Source: Thermodesulfobacteriota bacterium (GTDB taxonomy: Bacteria > Desulfobacterota_D > UBA1144 > Nemesobacterales > UBA2774). Taken from it: DNA of 64,000 nt. The first letter of the stretch is position 1. Each line of letters opens with the position of its first letter. The notes beneath the pieces were generated by a model, which was not told where the DNA came from, ran no database searches, and saw only the letters and a list, made by a program, of their open reading frames with translations. Made by a program: the position numbers and the translations under genes. The stretch covers positions 1,600,001 through 1,664,000 of the forward strand of contig OZ244991.1 in NCBI GenBank assembly GCA_965223335.1, in the 5' to 3' direction. Positions 17,087 through 27,126 of the stretch are shown here, piece after piece.

Positions 17087-18133
17087 ATGAGCAAGGGTTT
17101 AACTTACAAGAAGTCTGGTGTTGACATTGATGCGGGCAATCTATTTGTAGAGCTCATAAAACCCCTTGCCAAGTCCACTCACAATAAGCTTGTACTTGGC
17201 AGTCTGGGTGGGTTCTCGGGTGCAGTGAAGCTCCCGCATAGCAAGGGTGACGACTTACTGCTCGTTGCCGCGACCGATGGTGTAGGCACTAAGCTTAGGG
17301 TCGCATTCCAAACAGGGGTGTTCGACAGCATAGGCATTGACCTTGTGGCCATGAGTGTAAACGATATTGTCACGACAGGTGCCAAACCCATACTGTTTTT
17401 GGACTATTTAGCTACCTCTAGGTTAGATCCCCATAAGGCGTCAGAGATTATTAAAGGTGTGGCCCAGGGCTGCAAACAGGCGGGTTGTGCGCTGCTCGGA
17501 GGCGAGACTGCGGAGATGCCCGGTTTCTATAAGCGGGGCGAGTTCGATCTTGCAGGTTTCGCAGTGGGGGTAGTCGAGAAATCCGGGGTCATAGACGGTT
17601 CGGGGGTTAGGCCCGGGGATGTTTTGGTAGGGCTCGCTTCAAGCGGCCTCCACTCTAATGGTTACTCTTTGGCGCGCAAAGTGCTTTTGGATAAAAAGAA
17701 ATACGGTTTGTCTCGGAAACAGGGTTCATTGGGGAGAAAGTTGGGTGAAGAATTACTCGAGCCCACCCGCATCTATGTAAAAACCATTCTAAAACTAATA
17801 GATAAGTTCGAGATAAAATCCATAGCACATATTACCGGCGGAGGCATGCCTGAGAATATCCCTAGGGTGATACCAAAGAGTTGCAAAGCTCTAATCAAGT
17901 CGGGCAGCTGGGATGTGCATCCGATATTCGAGCTTATTGAGCATGACGGTAAGGTAAGCCGCCCCGAGATGATGCGCACTTTCAACATGGGGATAGGGAT
18001 GGTGCTTATGACCAACTCCGACCACGCAGAGAGTGTTGTGAAAAGTATTAATAGAACAAAAAAGCACAAGGCCTATATTATCGGTGAAATTACCAAGAAA
18101 AAGAAAGGTGAAGACTCCGTTGTCTTCGAGTAG
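17087..18133 (+). CDS. purM: Phosphoribosylaminoimidazole (AIR) synthetase
   Basis: YKKSGVDIDAG, TDGVGTK, GGETAEMPG, SSGLHSNGYSL, HITGGG, TFNMGIG. Confidence 0.96.
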   Translation: MSKGLTYKKSGVDIDAGNLFVELIKPLAKSTHNKLVLGSLGGFSGAVKLPHSKGDDLLLVAATDGVGTKLRVAFQTGVFDSIGIDLVAMSVNDIVTTGAKPILFLDYLATSRLDPHKASEIIKGVAQGCKQAGCALLGGETAEMPGFYKRGEFDLAGFAVGVVEKSGVIDGSGVRPGDVLVGLASSGLHSNGYSLARKVLLDKKKYGLSRKQGSLGRKLGEELLEPTRIYVKTILKLIDKFEIKSIAHITGGGMPENIPRVIPKSCKALIKSGSWDVHPIFELIEHDGKVSRPEMMRTFNMGIGMVLMTNSDHAESVVKSINRTKKHKAYIIGEITKKKKGEDSVVFE

Positions 18134-18141
18134 CTTACGGG

Positions 18142-19149
18142 TTAGCGGATTGACCAGCCAAAGCTGTAGCGGAACGATGCCCTGATATTTAATTTCTCTA
18201 AACTTCCCCAGCTCGCGGGGAACGGACTAAATGGTGAGGCTTCACGTATGGCAGTCATCGCCTCGTTATCCAAGCGTGCATAGCCCGATGATCTTATCAG
18301 GCGTATGTTGTCGAGTGCCCCGCTCCTTCTTATTGTGAAGGTCAAAAACAGCTCTCCCTGCTCGCCCCTAGCCCTCGAAATCTCGGGGTAGTTCCAGACC
18401 CCCTCTATCTGACGTTTAAGCTTAGTGAAGTACGAGAGGTACTTGAACTCTGTGGTGTTTAAGTCGACGGTGTCCTCTTTTTTGTTGACGTCTCTTGCCC
18501 CTAGCAAGTCGTTGGGTTGTCGCGCTTGTTGCTGGGGAGGGGTTTGTGCGGCATTAAACAATTGTTCCTTCGTAAGGTTGGGAAGCTCGGTCTTGGAGTT
18601 CTCTCTATTAACGGATTTGGGCTCTTTCCTCTGTTCTTTTAGTTGTTCTTTGGGTAGTGCCGCCAGCGTTTTTTCACGAAGGAGTTTAGGATTCCTTATT
18701 TGTTCTCTCACATTTTTTCTCTCGGGTTGTTTAACTATTTTCTCCTCGGGTTTAGGTTGAGCTTTCTTAACCTGCTTTTGTTGCGGTTTCGGTTTTGGTT
18801 TTGCCGCAGGTACTGGTTTTGGGAGCGGTGGGGTGGTCGAGGATTGCTTTGTGAATTCGTCCCTAGTCTTTTCTTGATCAGTCCTATGCGAGCGTTCCGC
18901 GAGTCGTTTCGGGACTTCGGGCGGTTTTGTTTCCTTTTCTTTCGGTACCGGGACCTCGGTTATTTCGATGTACTCGGGCTGTTTTTTCTCATCTTTTTTA
19001 GCTGTTTGAATGTCTATATTGAAGCTGTTGTACAAAATTATGGATACCAATAAGATGAAGTGGAAAAGTATAGAGGCTAGAATAAGCGGTATAAGCAGGG
19101 TTCTGCGCTTTTTTCTTCTTTTAATCCGAGGAAAATTTCTCACGTTCAT
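18142..19149 (-). CDS. TonB-family energy transducer (TM anchor, Pro/Lys-rich linker, TonB C-terminal domain)
   Basis: N-terminal TM SILFH, PKPKP linker, WNYPEISRARGEQG, SSGYARLDNEAM..IREASPF. Confidence 0.85.
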   Translation of the reverse strand: MNVRNFPRIKRRKKRRTLLIPLILASILFHFILLVSIILYNSFNIDIQTAKKDEKKQPEYIEITEVPVPKEKETKPPEVPKRLAERSHRTDQEKTRDEFTKQSSTTPPLPKPVPAAKPKPKPQQKQVKKAQPKPEEKIVKQPERKNVREQIRNPKLLREKTLAALPKEQLKEQRKEPKSVNRENSKTELPNLTKEQLFNAAQTPPQQQARQPNDLLGARDVNKKEDTVDLNTTEFKYLSYFTKLKRQIEGVWNYPEISRARGEQGELFLTFTIRRSGALDNIRLIRSSGYARLDNEAMTAIREASPFSPFPASWGSLEKLNIRASFRYSFGWSIR

Positions 19150-19192
19150 AATGATACCACTAGCCCAATTTTTTTGCTATCGTTATTATGTG

Positions 19193-20008
19193 CTAGCACC
19201 CATTCTTAACAAAAAGCTTTAACAATGCATTGTTCCATCCCCCGGGGCCTATCCCATCGGCGTGTATCATGTTCTCAATCATTGCATCCTGCTCATAAGT
19301 CCCATCAGGTTTTTGCACCAGTACCGGTGTATCTACACTCTCGAGCAAGGGTATATCGTTAAGGCTATCACCGATGCCTATGGTTTCAACCAATTTATGC
19401 TCACGTGCATATAAATCGGTTAATATCCGGACGGCTCTCCCTTTATTACTAGTCCCCATAATATGGTGGAATCTACCCCCTTTTGTGTATGACCAGCCAG
19501 CATTGTAAATGGCATCTTTAAGAACCTGTATATCGGTGCTTCGATTGGGGATTATAAAAGGCTCGTCATACTCCCGTTGTTGTGCCAAAACTGCGGAATC
19601 AATATCCAGTCCAGTGAGTTCAGAGACCTCCTGGGGGCTCATCCCGCTTAATGTTTTTGTAGCTATACCCAAGTCATTTGATATCTTTTCGAGTGAACTC
19701 CGAAGTGTTTCGGCCGGTGTGCCGAGCTCAATTACATTATAGCCGTTTAGTTTCTTATCATACTCATATTCGGTCTCGAAGTAGTCTCTGGGTACAAACA
19801 CTGCCCCTCCGTTCTCTGATATAAAAGGATCGGTGTTGTGGAGCAATTCTCTCCAATGCTCTATCTCTGCCCTGGTCTTGCTTGTGCATATGACAAGTGG
19901 AGTATCGTTTGCTCTTAGGAGTTCGAGAGCTTCAGTTGCCGGGCTAAATGAATAAGTAGTGTGGTCAAGCAGTGTGCCGTCTAGGTCGGTATAAACTACT
20001 CTAAACAT
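19193..20008 (-). CDS. gpgP: Glucosyl/mannosyl-3-phosphoglycerate phosphatase (HAD IIB)
   Basis: TDLDGTLL, TSKTRAE, ENGG, REYDEPF, GGRFHH, GDSLND; overlaps the end of gpgS. Confidence 0.88.
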   Translation of the reverse strand: MFRVVYTDLDGTLLDHTTYSFSPATEALELLRANDTPLVICTSKTRAEIEHWRELLHNTDPFISENGGAVFVPRDYFETEYEYDKKLNGYNVIELGTPAETLRSSLEKISNDLGIATKTLSGMSPQEVSELTGLDIDSAVLAQQREYDEPFIIPNRSTDIQVLKDAIYNAGWSYTKGGRFHHIMGTSNKGRAVRILTDLYAREHKLVETIGIGDSLNDIPLLESVDTPVLVQKPDGTYEQDAMIENMIHADGIGPGGWNNALLKLFVKNGC

Positions 20009-21209
20009 TGTCTTGGTCAACGGCTTCTTTTAACTGCTCCAGAAAATCGGGTATTGCGGAGGTAACACGGCTCCAGTTTGAGATGAGCGGGGCATCGAAC
20101 GGGTTCTCTAAAAAAGTTTCACTGGCTGCTTTTATACCCTGCACAAAGGTCTCAACAGCCAGGTTCTCTGCATGGCGGTCAAAGAACAGGCCGTTTATTG
20201 CCGCATCGTCGTTATACATCTTGATCGTGTCCTGAGCAAGCCTCAGATACGTCACGATTAGAGTGTTAAAAAAGCTGTCCGAAAAAATCACTCCTTCAGA
20301 GGCCAGCATCCTGAAAAGCGATTTTGATATGTCGGTGCACATCTTGAGCAGACCGCTGCCGGGGCTGTCCGATCCCATGCTCTGGTGTTTGTGCTCGTAG
20401 TTGTCGCATAGGTCCACTTGGCAGATACGCTTAAGTGAGACGTTTCTAAATACCTCGGCCAAAGAGCCTACCTCAAGTCCCCAGTCGGCGGGGATCCTGT
20501 TTACACGTGCCAGGTCTGCCTTCATCGAGAACTCCCCCGCAAGCGGATACCTAAAGCTGTCTAGGTATACCAGAAACGGGAGATGTCCGACTATTTTTTT
20601 AAAAGACCTTATTATGGGTGAGATGAACAGCCTTGTTACCCTGCCGTACATCCTGTCTGTAACCCGTTGGTAAAACCCTTTGCAAAACTCATAGTCCATG
20701 TTGGGGTTAGTGATCGGATAACAAAGTCTTGCCAGCAGTTCCCGGCTATAGGTAACAATATCGCAGTCATGCAGAGCTATAATCTCGCTCGACTCCTGGG
20801 CCAAAACATAGCCGTATGCTATCCACGCAGCTCTGCCTTTGCCCCTGTCGCCGGCATCGATACCGTTCTCCTTTAGCAGATTAAACAGATTCTGAATCTT
20901 CTCTCCGTCGTCCCAGATCAGTTTGCAGTTCTGCGGGAGGATTGAAAAGAACTCCTGGGCATGGCGAAACTCGTCTTCGTTAGCCCTTCCGATTGTGATC
21001 ACAATCTCGTTTAAGTACTCTACATCCTTTAATTTTTGAAGTATTCCGGGGAGTGCAGTACCTTGAAGTTCGGAGTATAAACACGGCAGCACCAGTGCTA
21101 TGGGGCGTGACTCTGAGAACTCTACAAGCTCTTCTTCAAGCTGTGCCAGGTTGTCCTTATTTAGTCTATGAAGCGTGGAAATGGTCTCTGTTTGATGGAA
21201 GTCACCCAT
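20001..21209 (-). CDS. gpgS: Glucosyl-3-phosphoglycerate synthase
   Basis: MGDFHQ start, LPCLYSEL, GKGRAAW, HDCDI, YGRVTRL, FRYPLAGEF, DWGLEVG, YEHKHQ. Confidence 0.85.
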   Translation of the reverse strand: MGDFHQTETISTLHRLNKDNLAQLEEELVEFSESRPIALVLPCLYSELQGTALPGILQKLKDVEYLNEIVITIGRANEDEFRHAQEFFSILPQNCKLIWDDGEKIQNLFNLLKENGIDAGDRGKGRAAWIAYGYVLAQESSEIIALHDCDIVTYSRELLARLCYPITNPNMDYEFCKGFYQRVTDRMYGRVTRLFISPIIRSFKKIVGHLPFLVYLDSFRYPLAGEFSMKADLARVNRIPADWGLEVGSLAEVFRNVSLKRICQVDLCDNYEHKHQSMGSDSPGSGLLKMCTDISKSLFRMLASEGVIFSDSFFNTLIVTYLRLAQDTIKMYNDDAAINGLFFDRHAENLAVETFVQGIKAASETFLENPFDAPLISNWSRVTSAIPDFLEQLKEAVDQDNV

Positions 21210-21302
21210 GTATTCTAACCTCGGACAAAACTATAATAACACATAATAAGTCTAACCGATAATATACGCCCGATGTGTGAAGAATGTATTAATCTTAGCG
21301 GT

Positions 21303-21890
21303 TTAAGAGTTGATGAAGTACCTTATGACTATGAATCCCAGTACGAGTAGGACAAAGAAAAGAGTGACCAGTAGGTTGAAATATTTATCGATAAACGATT
21401 TTATGCTGCTGCCGAATGCATAGATGAGACCAGCTTCCAAGAAGAATCTTGCCGAACGGCCTATTGCTGATGCTATAACAAGCACTAGCAGGTTAATCTT
21501 GAATACACCGGCGGCAATTGTAAACACCTTGTAGGGAATCGGGGTGAATGCGGCACCCAACACTGCCAAAAATGCGTTCTGTTCATACTTGGCAGCTACG
21601 AAATTAAATGCCTGTTCGCTGAATATGTAGTTTAGGAAAAACTCGTCCACTAACTCCCATATGCCCCATCCTATCAGATAGCCTGCAATCCCGCCCAGCA
21701 CCGACATAACCGAGCACACCACTGCATAGTAAAAAGACCTAGACGGCTTACCCAGGCAAAGTGCCATTAGCAGAGGGTCGGGCGGTACTAAGAAAAACGA
21801 TGACTCTGCAAATGAAACTGCTGCGAGAACCGGTACTCCGTACCTTGTATCCGACCAGCTCAACACCCAGTCATAAAGTCTTCTCAACAT
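21303..21890 (-). CDS. YqaA/DedA-family membrane protein
   Basis: SFAESSFFLVPPD, AFTPIPYKVFTIAAG, GRSARFF. Confidence 0.9.
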   Translation of the reverse strand: MLRRLYDWVLSWSDTRYGVPVLAAVSFAESSFFLVPPDPLLMALCLGKPSRSFYYAVVCSVMSVLGGIAGYLIGWGIWELVDEFFLNYIFSEQAFNFVAAKYEQNAFLAVLGAAFTPIPYKVFTIAAGVFKINLLVLVIASAIGRSARFFLEAGLIYAFGSSIKSFIDKYFNLLVTLFFVLLVLGFIVIRYFINS

Positions 21891-21895
21891 TCGGT

Positions 21896-22648
21896 TTAGG
21901 TCTCCAGTATATCTTTCAATGTTATGAGGTAGTCGTGGTCGGTGTAGTCGAGTTTTATAGGTGTAACAGATACATAGCCCTCTTTTACAGCGACTATATC
22001 CGAACTCTCTATATCGAGGAACCCCAGCTCGTCTCCCCCGATCCAGTAGTATTTCTTCCCCCTTGGGTCCACCTTCTCTACTATGGGCTCTCCGTACACA
22101 CGCTTCCCCTGTTTTGTTACAATGACACCCTTTATCTGCGATTCGCTTAGATCCGGCACGTTTACGTTAAGCAGTGTGTCATCGGGGAGTTTATTCTCGA
22201 TTACGTGTTGGGCTATGAGCAAGGCGTATTTAGCTGCAGCCTCAAAATCAAAACTGTTTTTACTCGCAAGCGAGATTGCCACAGACGGCACACCTAGCAG
22301 TGTGCCCTCCATCGCAGCACTCACCGTGCCCGAGTAGCTTATGTCATCCCCCAGGTTCTCGCCCTTGTTAATTCCCGACACAACAAGGTCGGGCTTATGG
22401 TCTTTTAGTATTCCGTTAATCGCCAGATTCACACAGTCGGTCGGTGTGCCGTCCACACTGTACACCGTGTCTGCTATCTTAGAGATCCTAAGCGGTCTCC
22501 AGAGGCTAAGCGAATGACTAGCTGCACTCTGATCTCGGTCGGGGGCTACAATAAACACCTCTCCCAATACGGATAGGGCATCGTTAAGAGCATATAGTCC
22601 TTCCGAGTTAATACCATCGTCGTTAGATATAAGTATCTTAGTAGGCAT
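21896..22648 (-). CDS. surE: 5'/3'-nucleotidase SurE
   Basis: ILISNDDG, APDRDQS, GTPTDCV, SGINKGENLG, YSGTVSAAMEG. Confidence 0.96.
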   Translation of the reverse strand: MPTKILISNDDGINSEGLYALNDALSVLGEVFIVAPDRDQSAASHSLSLWRPLRISKIADTVYSVDGTPTDCVNLAINGILKDHKPDLVVSGINKGENLGDDISYSGTVSAAMEGTLLGVPSVAISLASKNSFDFEAAAKYALLIAQHVIENKLPDDTLLNVNVPDLSESQIKGVIVTKQGKRVYGEPIVEKVDPRGKKYYWIGGDELGFLDIESSDIVAVKEGYVSVTPIKLDYTDHDYLITLKDILET

Positions 22649-22781
22649 CTGATCAGTAGTTGTATATAGATCGATAGTTGCTGATTTCGGGCTATTAGGT
22701 TGGATACCATACCCGAAAGGTGGGATTTTTAAAGTTATATTTCGCCCCTGGGTATAGTGGATAATTGAATTGCTTAAAGAA

Positions 22782-22858
22782 TGGTCGGGGTGGCCGGACT
22801 TGAACCGGCGACCTCCGGACCCCCAGTCCGATGCGCTACCAGTCTGCGCTACACCCCG
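22782..22858 (-). tRNA. tRNA-Pro (anticodon GGG)
   Basis: Reverse complement CGGGGTGTAGCGCAGACTGGTAGCGCATCGGACTGGGGGTCCGGAGGTCGCCGGTTCAAGTCCGGCCACCCCGACCA: cloverleaf, GTTCAA T-loop, encoded CCA. Confidence 0.96.
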
Positions 22859-22909
22859 TGTGTAGGATATTATAACTATTCTGTATAATTAATTTAGGGG
22901 GAACAGATA

Positions 22910-23254
22910 TTAACCAAGCTTCTGGTGTATGGATTTTAATTCGCTTAGAACATCGTGGAGGAGAACGTTTACCTTGGTGCTCACACGCTGTTGGTTGTTC
23001 TCTTCTTTTAGCTTTTTCTTGGCACCTGCTATTGTGAAATTCTGTTCGTACAGCATGTGCTTTATCTTCATGACAGTGTGTATGGTCTCACGGTCATATA
23101 GTCGCTGAGATTTCCTTCTGATCGGTTTAATTTCGTCGAACTCACTTTCCCAGTATCTAAGCACATATGGTTTTATGCCCGTGAATTCGCTAACCTCGCC
23201 GATTCTAAAGTAAATTTTGTCGGGGAGTGTTATTTCCGCCCGTTGATTAAGCAT
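22910..23254 (-). CDS. MerR-family HTH regulator (type usually found beside tRNA-Pro and surE)
   Basis: PDKIYFRIGEVS, VLRYWESEF, QRLY, FTIAGAKKKL. Confidence 0.9.
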   Translation of the reverse strand: MLNQRAEITLPDKIYFRIGEVSEFTGIKPYVLRYWESEFDEIKPIRRKSQRLYDRETIHTVMKIKHMLYEQNFTIAGAKKKLKEENNQQRVSTKVNVLLHDVLSELKSIHQKLG

Positions 23255-23298
23255 GTCTAAAAATTAGAACAATTATGAGTAAATGTCAAGTATTTACT
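23255..23298 (-). promoter_or_regulatory. Promoter of merR (likely leaderless) with a palindrome around the -35 box
   Basis: TTGACA-N17-TAATTT-N6-ATG; AGTAAAT-N7-ATTTACT inverted repeat at 23278-23298. Confidence 0.6.
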
Positions 23299-23353
23299 GT
23301 AAACAACTTAAATATATGTGAAAATAATACCAAGCGATATTAGACAGTTAGAG

Positions 23354-23956
23354 CTAAAGAACTCCCCGAAAACTGAGCCGGTGTATCGAGCTTGGGCCGT
23401 GCACACGGAGAGTCTCGAGGTGCTCTTTGGTAGGGTATCCCTTGTTTTGCTTAAAGTTATACACCGGGTACTCGGTGTGGTACTCCTCCATGATCTTGTC
23501 ACGGGTTACCTTGGCCACTATCGAGGCCGCTGCGATCGAGGAGCATTTGGAATCCCCCTTAACTATGGTCCATTGCGGTAAAGGGCACTCAATGCCTTTG
23601 TTGCCGTCAATTAACAGGTGATCGGGTTTATCCCCTAGATCGGTGACTGCGTTCTTCATAGCCAGGAGTGCTGCTTGAAGTATATTGATATTGTCAATTA
23701 TCCCCGGTTCCACAATCCCTATGGCGTATGCAGTGGCGGACTCGGTAATAGTTTGAAAGAGGGTCTCCCTTTTTTTCTCGCTCAGTTTTTTAGAGTCGTT
23801 TAGGCCCTCGATCTGCATATCCCTTGGCAGAATCACTGCCGCGGCTACCACTGGCCCCGCGAGCGGCCCCCTGCCCACCTCATCGATACCTGCAGGGGTC
23901 TTGCCCATTGACCAGAGCTTCTGTTCGTAGGAATAGTTGGGTCCTTTAGATTTCAT
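23354..23956 (-). CDS. rnhB: Ribonuclease HII
   Basis: GIDEVGRGPLAGPV, DSKKL, LIDGN, KGD, AASIVAKVTRD, KGYPT. Confidence 0.96.
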   Translation of the reverse strand: MKSKGPNYSYEQKLWSMGKTPAGIDEVGRGPLAGPVVAAAVILPRDMQIEGLNDSKKLSEKKRETLFQTITESATAYAIGIVEPGIIDNINILQAALLAMKNAVTDLGDKPDHLLIDGNKGIECPLPQWTIVKGDSKCSSIAAASIVAKVTRDKIMEEYHTEYPVYNFKQNKGYPTKEHLETLRVHGPSSIHRLSFRGVL

Positions 23957-23996
23957 TTGGTCCGATGAGTTAAAAACCTACAAGCAAAGTTGATTG

Positions 23997-24875
23997 TCAC
24001 ACTAACCCGTAATCCGCTAGCACGGACCTAAGAGCATCATAGTTCTCTTGTTTCATCTCTGTTAGCGGCAGTCTGTATTCGTATCTTATCTTATCCATCA
24101 TACTGAGTGCAGCTTTGACCGGTATGGGGTTAGTCTCAATAAACATGGCTTCGTTAAGTGCGAGCAGTTCGTAGTGTATGGCACGCGCCCTCTCGGTATC
24201 TCCACCTGCGAAAGAGTCGTAGAGCTCAGCTACTTTTGCCGGTACTACATTGGCGGTAACCGTGATAAAGCCTCTTGCACCGATGGCAAGCAGCGGATAG
24301 TTTAGTGCGTCTTCGCCCGAGAGCAAAATAAAGTCCTGTCCGCACTCATGAAGTATCTTGCTTGCGTGCTGGATCGAGCCTGTGGCCTCTTTAACCCCTA
24401 CTATGTTTGCGCAGTCCCCAGCGAGCCTTGCAATGGTGTGCTCGTTCATATTTATACCCGAGCGGCCCGGGATGTTGTAGAGGATAATTGGGATATCTAC
24501 CTGTGAGGCTATATGTTTGAAATGTAGGTAGAGGCCTTCTTGAGTGGGTTTGTTATAGTACGGGACTACGACTAGTGCTGCGTCGGCACCGGCCTGTTCT
24601 GCAAACCTGGTGAGCCGTATGGCTTCGCGCGTGGAATTCGAGCCTGTCCCTGCTATAACCGGTACCCTTTTGTTTACAATCTCGACGGTCTTTTCAATGA
24701 CATATTCATGCTCTTCGTGCGAAAGAGTGGGTGATTCTCCCGTGGTGCCGCAGGGCACTATGCCGTGTGTACCGTTTTCAATCTGATTTTCTATAAGGTT
24801 TGTGAGTGCGTCTTCGTCAATTTTTCCGTTTTTAAAAGGAGTTACGATTGCAACGATAGAACCGTGAATAGTCAT
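23997..24875 (-). CDS. dapA: 4-hydroxy-tetrahydrodipicolinate synthase
   Basis: GTTGESPTL, GTGSNST, PYYNKPTQEG, YNIPGR, GVKEA, NPIPVK. Confidence 0.96.
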   Translation of the reverse strand: MTIHGSIVAIVTPFKNGKIDEDALTNLIENQIENGTHGIVPCGTTGESPTLSHEEHEYVIEKTVEIVNKRVPVIAGTGSNSTREAIRLTRFAEQAGADAALVVVPYYNKPTQEGLYLHFKHIASQVDIPIILYNIPGRSGINMNEHTIARLAGDCANIVGVKEATGSIQHASKILHECGQDFILLSGEDALNYPLLAIGARGFITVTANVVPAKVAELYDSFAGGDTERARAIHYELLALNEAMFIETNPIPVKAALSMMDKIRYEYRLPLTEMKQENYDALRSVLADYGLV

Positions 24876-24995
24876 CTGCTCCCCCTTTGAGTCGATCTGT
24901 TCATTATAGTTTAGACTCTCGGGAAATCAAGAAATTCGACCACGGGGGGACTCTGATACACTCATGTTTACTATATATAGTGGTGGGGAAATGAT

Positions 24996-25541
24996 TCAGA
25001 CGGTTTTAACCTCGGCGCCACAGCTAAAACAGAATTTGCTAGTGCTTGGGATTTTAGTGCCGCACATTCCGCAGAACATATGATCAACCCCGGTCGTCGG
25101 GGTCTCAGCGGCACCGGCTTTTAATGTGTCCTGAACCACTGCTTTAAGCTCGCTCCAGGGCTCATAAGCAGCATTATGAAATTCCATAATATCCACTTTG
25201 TTGGCCGATGTTATGGTGAGTTTGGATTCTTCCCTCTCAAACTCGTACTCGATGTGTTCGATCAATTGTAGAGGGATTTCTCTAAATTTCTTTAATGTCG
25301 ATGCATTCCTTAACACGATCACCCTGGATGATGTGAGGACAAACCACGAGCTGTAATAAATGTTGCTGTCGCGAAACGAAGGTGCTTTATATATAGCGCG
25401 AATGGTGCGCAGTGTTAGAATTATATTTTCATTTTCTTCTACGTATCTCTCTACGGCTTCCCGCAGACTGGGTGGTAGCGTGTCGTATACAGGGTTAAAT
25501 AAACCGTCTATTAATGATCTAAAACTCTCTAGGATCGCCAT
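24996..25541 (-). CDS. Hypothetical protein with bacterial PH-like domain and C-terminal zinc ribbon
   Basis: FVLTSSRVIV and EIPLQLIEHIEY PH-like pattern; CGMCG..CFSCG zinc ribbon. Confidence 0.7.
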   Translation of the reverse strand: MAILESFRSLIDGLFNPVYDTLPPSLREAVERYVEENENIILTLRTIRAIYKAPSFRDSNIYYSSWFVLTSSRVIVLRNASTLKKFREIPLQLIEHIEYEFEREESKLTITSANKVDIMEFHNAAYEPWSELKAVVQDTLKAGAAETPTTGVDHMFCGMCGTKIPSTSKFCFSCGAEVKTV

Positions 25542-26564
25542 CTATATATGTTTTTCTATCAATAGCTCTGCGATTTGGATCGCGTTTAATGCGGCACCTT
25601 TTCTCAGTTGATCACCTACTACCCAAAGGCTAAGCCCGTACGGCACGGTGTAGTCCTCACGAACCCTCCCGACATAGCAGTCGTCCTTGCCGGCTACTAT
25701 GGTCGGCATGGGATAGGTCTCGGTATCGGGGTCGTCCATAAGTGTTGTACCCTGAAACCCGGAGATTGCTTTTTTCGCTTCCTCTGCCGTGACTTTATCC
25801 TCCGTCTCGATGTTGACTGCGACCGAGTGTGCCCTAAACACAGGCACCCTCACCGTGGTAGCCGTGAGTGCGATGGTGTCGTCGCTCAGTATCTTCTGCG
25901 TCTCGTTATGGAGCTTCATCTCCTCTTTTGTGTAACCGTTATCGAGGAACGAATCTATATGGGGCAGCAGGTTAAAGGCTATGGGGTAGGGGAACACATC
26001 ACACTCGGAAGGGTCAGACGTTGCCCACGCTCGGGTCTGGTGCTCAAGCTCTTCCATGGCTGCGGCCCCTGCACCCGACACCGCCTGGTAGCTCGCAGCA
26101 ACCACTCGCTTTATCCTGCTTAAATCGTAAATGGGTTTTAATGCCATAAGTGTTACGGCGGTAGTGCAGTTGGGGTTTGCTATGATACCGGTGTTTTTAT
26201 AGTCGGCTGCGGCATCGGGGTTGATTTCGGGTATCACAAGCGGTGTATCGGGGTCCATTCTAAATGCAGAGCTATTGTCTATGACCACAGCCCCTGCTTC
26301 CACAGCGTGGGGTGCAAACTCTTTACTCCTCGATGAACCCGCGGAGAAAAACGCTATATCTATCCCGTTGAATGAATTCTTGTTCAGTGCGCAGACCTTA
26401 TATGAAGTGCCGTTAAACTTAAGCTCTTTCCCTACCGATCTCTCCGATGCGAGCGGCCTTAGTTCTCCTACTGGGAAAGACCTTTCCTCGAGTATGGAGA
26501 TCATCTCCTGTCCTACTGCTCCCGTAGCGCCTGCAATAGCTACGTTATATCTGTCCTTTTTCAT
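25542..26564 (-). CDS. asd: Aspartate-semialdehyde dehydrogenase
   Basis: GATGAVG, DNSSAFRM, NPNCTT catalytic Cys, YQAVSGAG, DQLRKGAALNAIQIAE. Confidence 0.96.
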   Translation of the reverse strand: MKKDRYNVAIAGATGAVGQEMISILEERSFPVGELRPLASERSVGKELKFNGTSYKVCALNKNSFNGIDIAFFSAGSSRSKEFAPHAVEAGAVVIDNSSAFRMDPDTPLVIPEINPDAAADYKNTGIIANPNCTTAVTLMALKPIYDLSRIKRVVAASYQAVSGAGAAAMEELEHQTRAWATSDPSECDVFPYPIAFNLLPHIDSFLDNGYTKEEMKLHNETQKILSDDTIALTATTVRVPVFRAHSVAVNIETEDKVTAEEAKKAISGFQGTTLMDDPDTETYPMPTIVAGKDDCYVGRVREDYTVPYGLSLWVVGDQLRKGAALNAIQIAELLIEKHI

Positions 26565-26582
26565 AGCAATGCTCCAATTAGA

Positions 26583-27029
26583 TTACGTTTTCGTGTGTTT
26601 GGCTTCGATTCTAACCACTTTGTCTACGTTTTCTTGCTCCTCTTCATCAGGGGTGGCGCTGAACCAGGCATCTAAAATCTCCTTAGCAACAATATTGGAG
26701 GTGATTCTAAGGCTCATTGTCAGAACGTTTGCATGGTTCCATCTCCTTGCGCCCTCGGCCGTCTTGGCGTCGGTGCAAAGAGCCGCCCTTATTCCGGGCA
26801 CCTTGTTTGCTGCGATACAGACCCCTGTACCCGTCCAGCAAAACAGTATCCCCTCATCGCACTCACCCTCACGCACGCTGATTGCGACCTTCTCCGCCAC
26901 ATCCGTCCACTCGAGCGACTCGCCTGCAAGCGGGCCGTAAAGTATAACTTCGTTGCCCCTTTGCTTTAGGTCCTCGATCACAAAATCGGTCACATGAGTT
27001 TTTTCGTCACTACCTACCGCTATCTTCAT
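26583..27029 (-). CDS. rpiB: RpiB/LacA/LacB family sugar-phosphate isomerase
   Basis: CWTGTGVCIAANKVPGIRAALC, ARRWNHANVL. Confidence 0.88.
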   Translation of the reverse strand: MKIAVGSDEKTHVTDFVIEDLKQRGNEVILYGPLAGESLEWTDVAEKVAISVREGECDEGILFCWTGTGVCIAANKVPGIRAALCTDAKTAEGARRWNHANVLTMSLRITSNIVAKEILDAWFSATPDEEEQENVDKVVRIEAKHTKT

Positions 27030-27126
27030 AAGCTCCCAAAAAAAGTGTTAGTAGTTTAAATTAGTTGGGGGTTGGCTTCAAGCTGCTACGGCCTCGAGCT
27101 ATTTGGCACAGGCGCGGTATAAGGAA

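Noticed and set aside
22650..22858. Genomic island integrated at tRNA-Pro
   Set aside because: The tRNA is followed directly by surE in the conserved merR-tRNA-surE order; no integrase or duplicated tRNA 3' end was noticed.
26221..26940. 239-aa plus-strand ORF and the many other antisense or alternate-frame ORFs in the track
   Set aside because: They overlap well-supported genes (here asd and rpiB) and have shadow-ORF composition without motifs.
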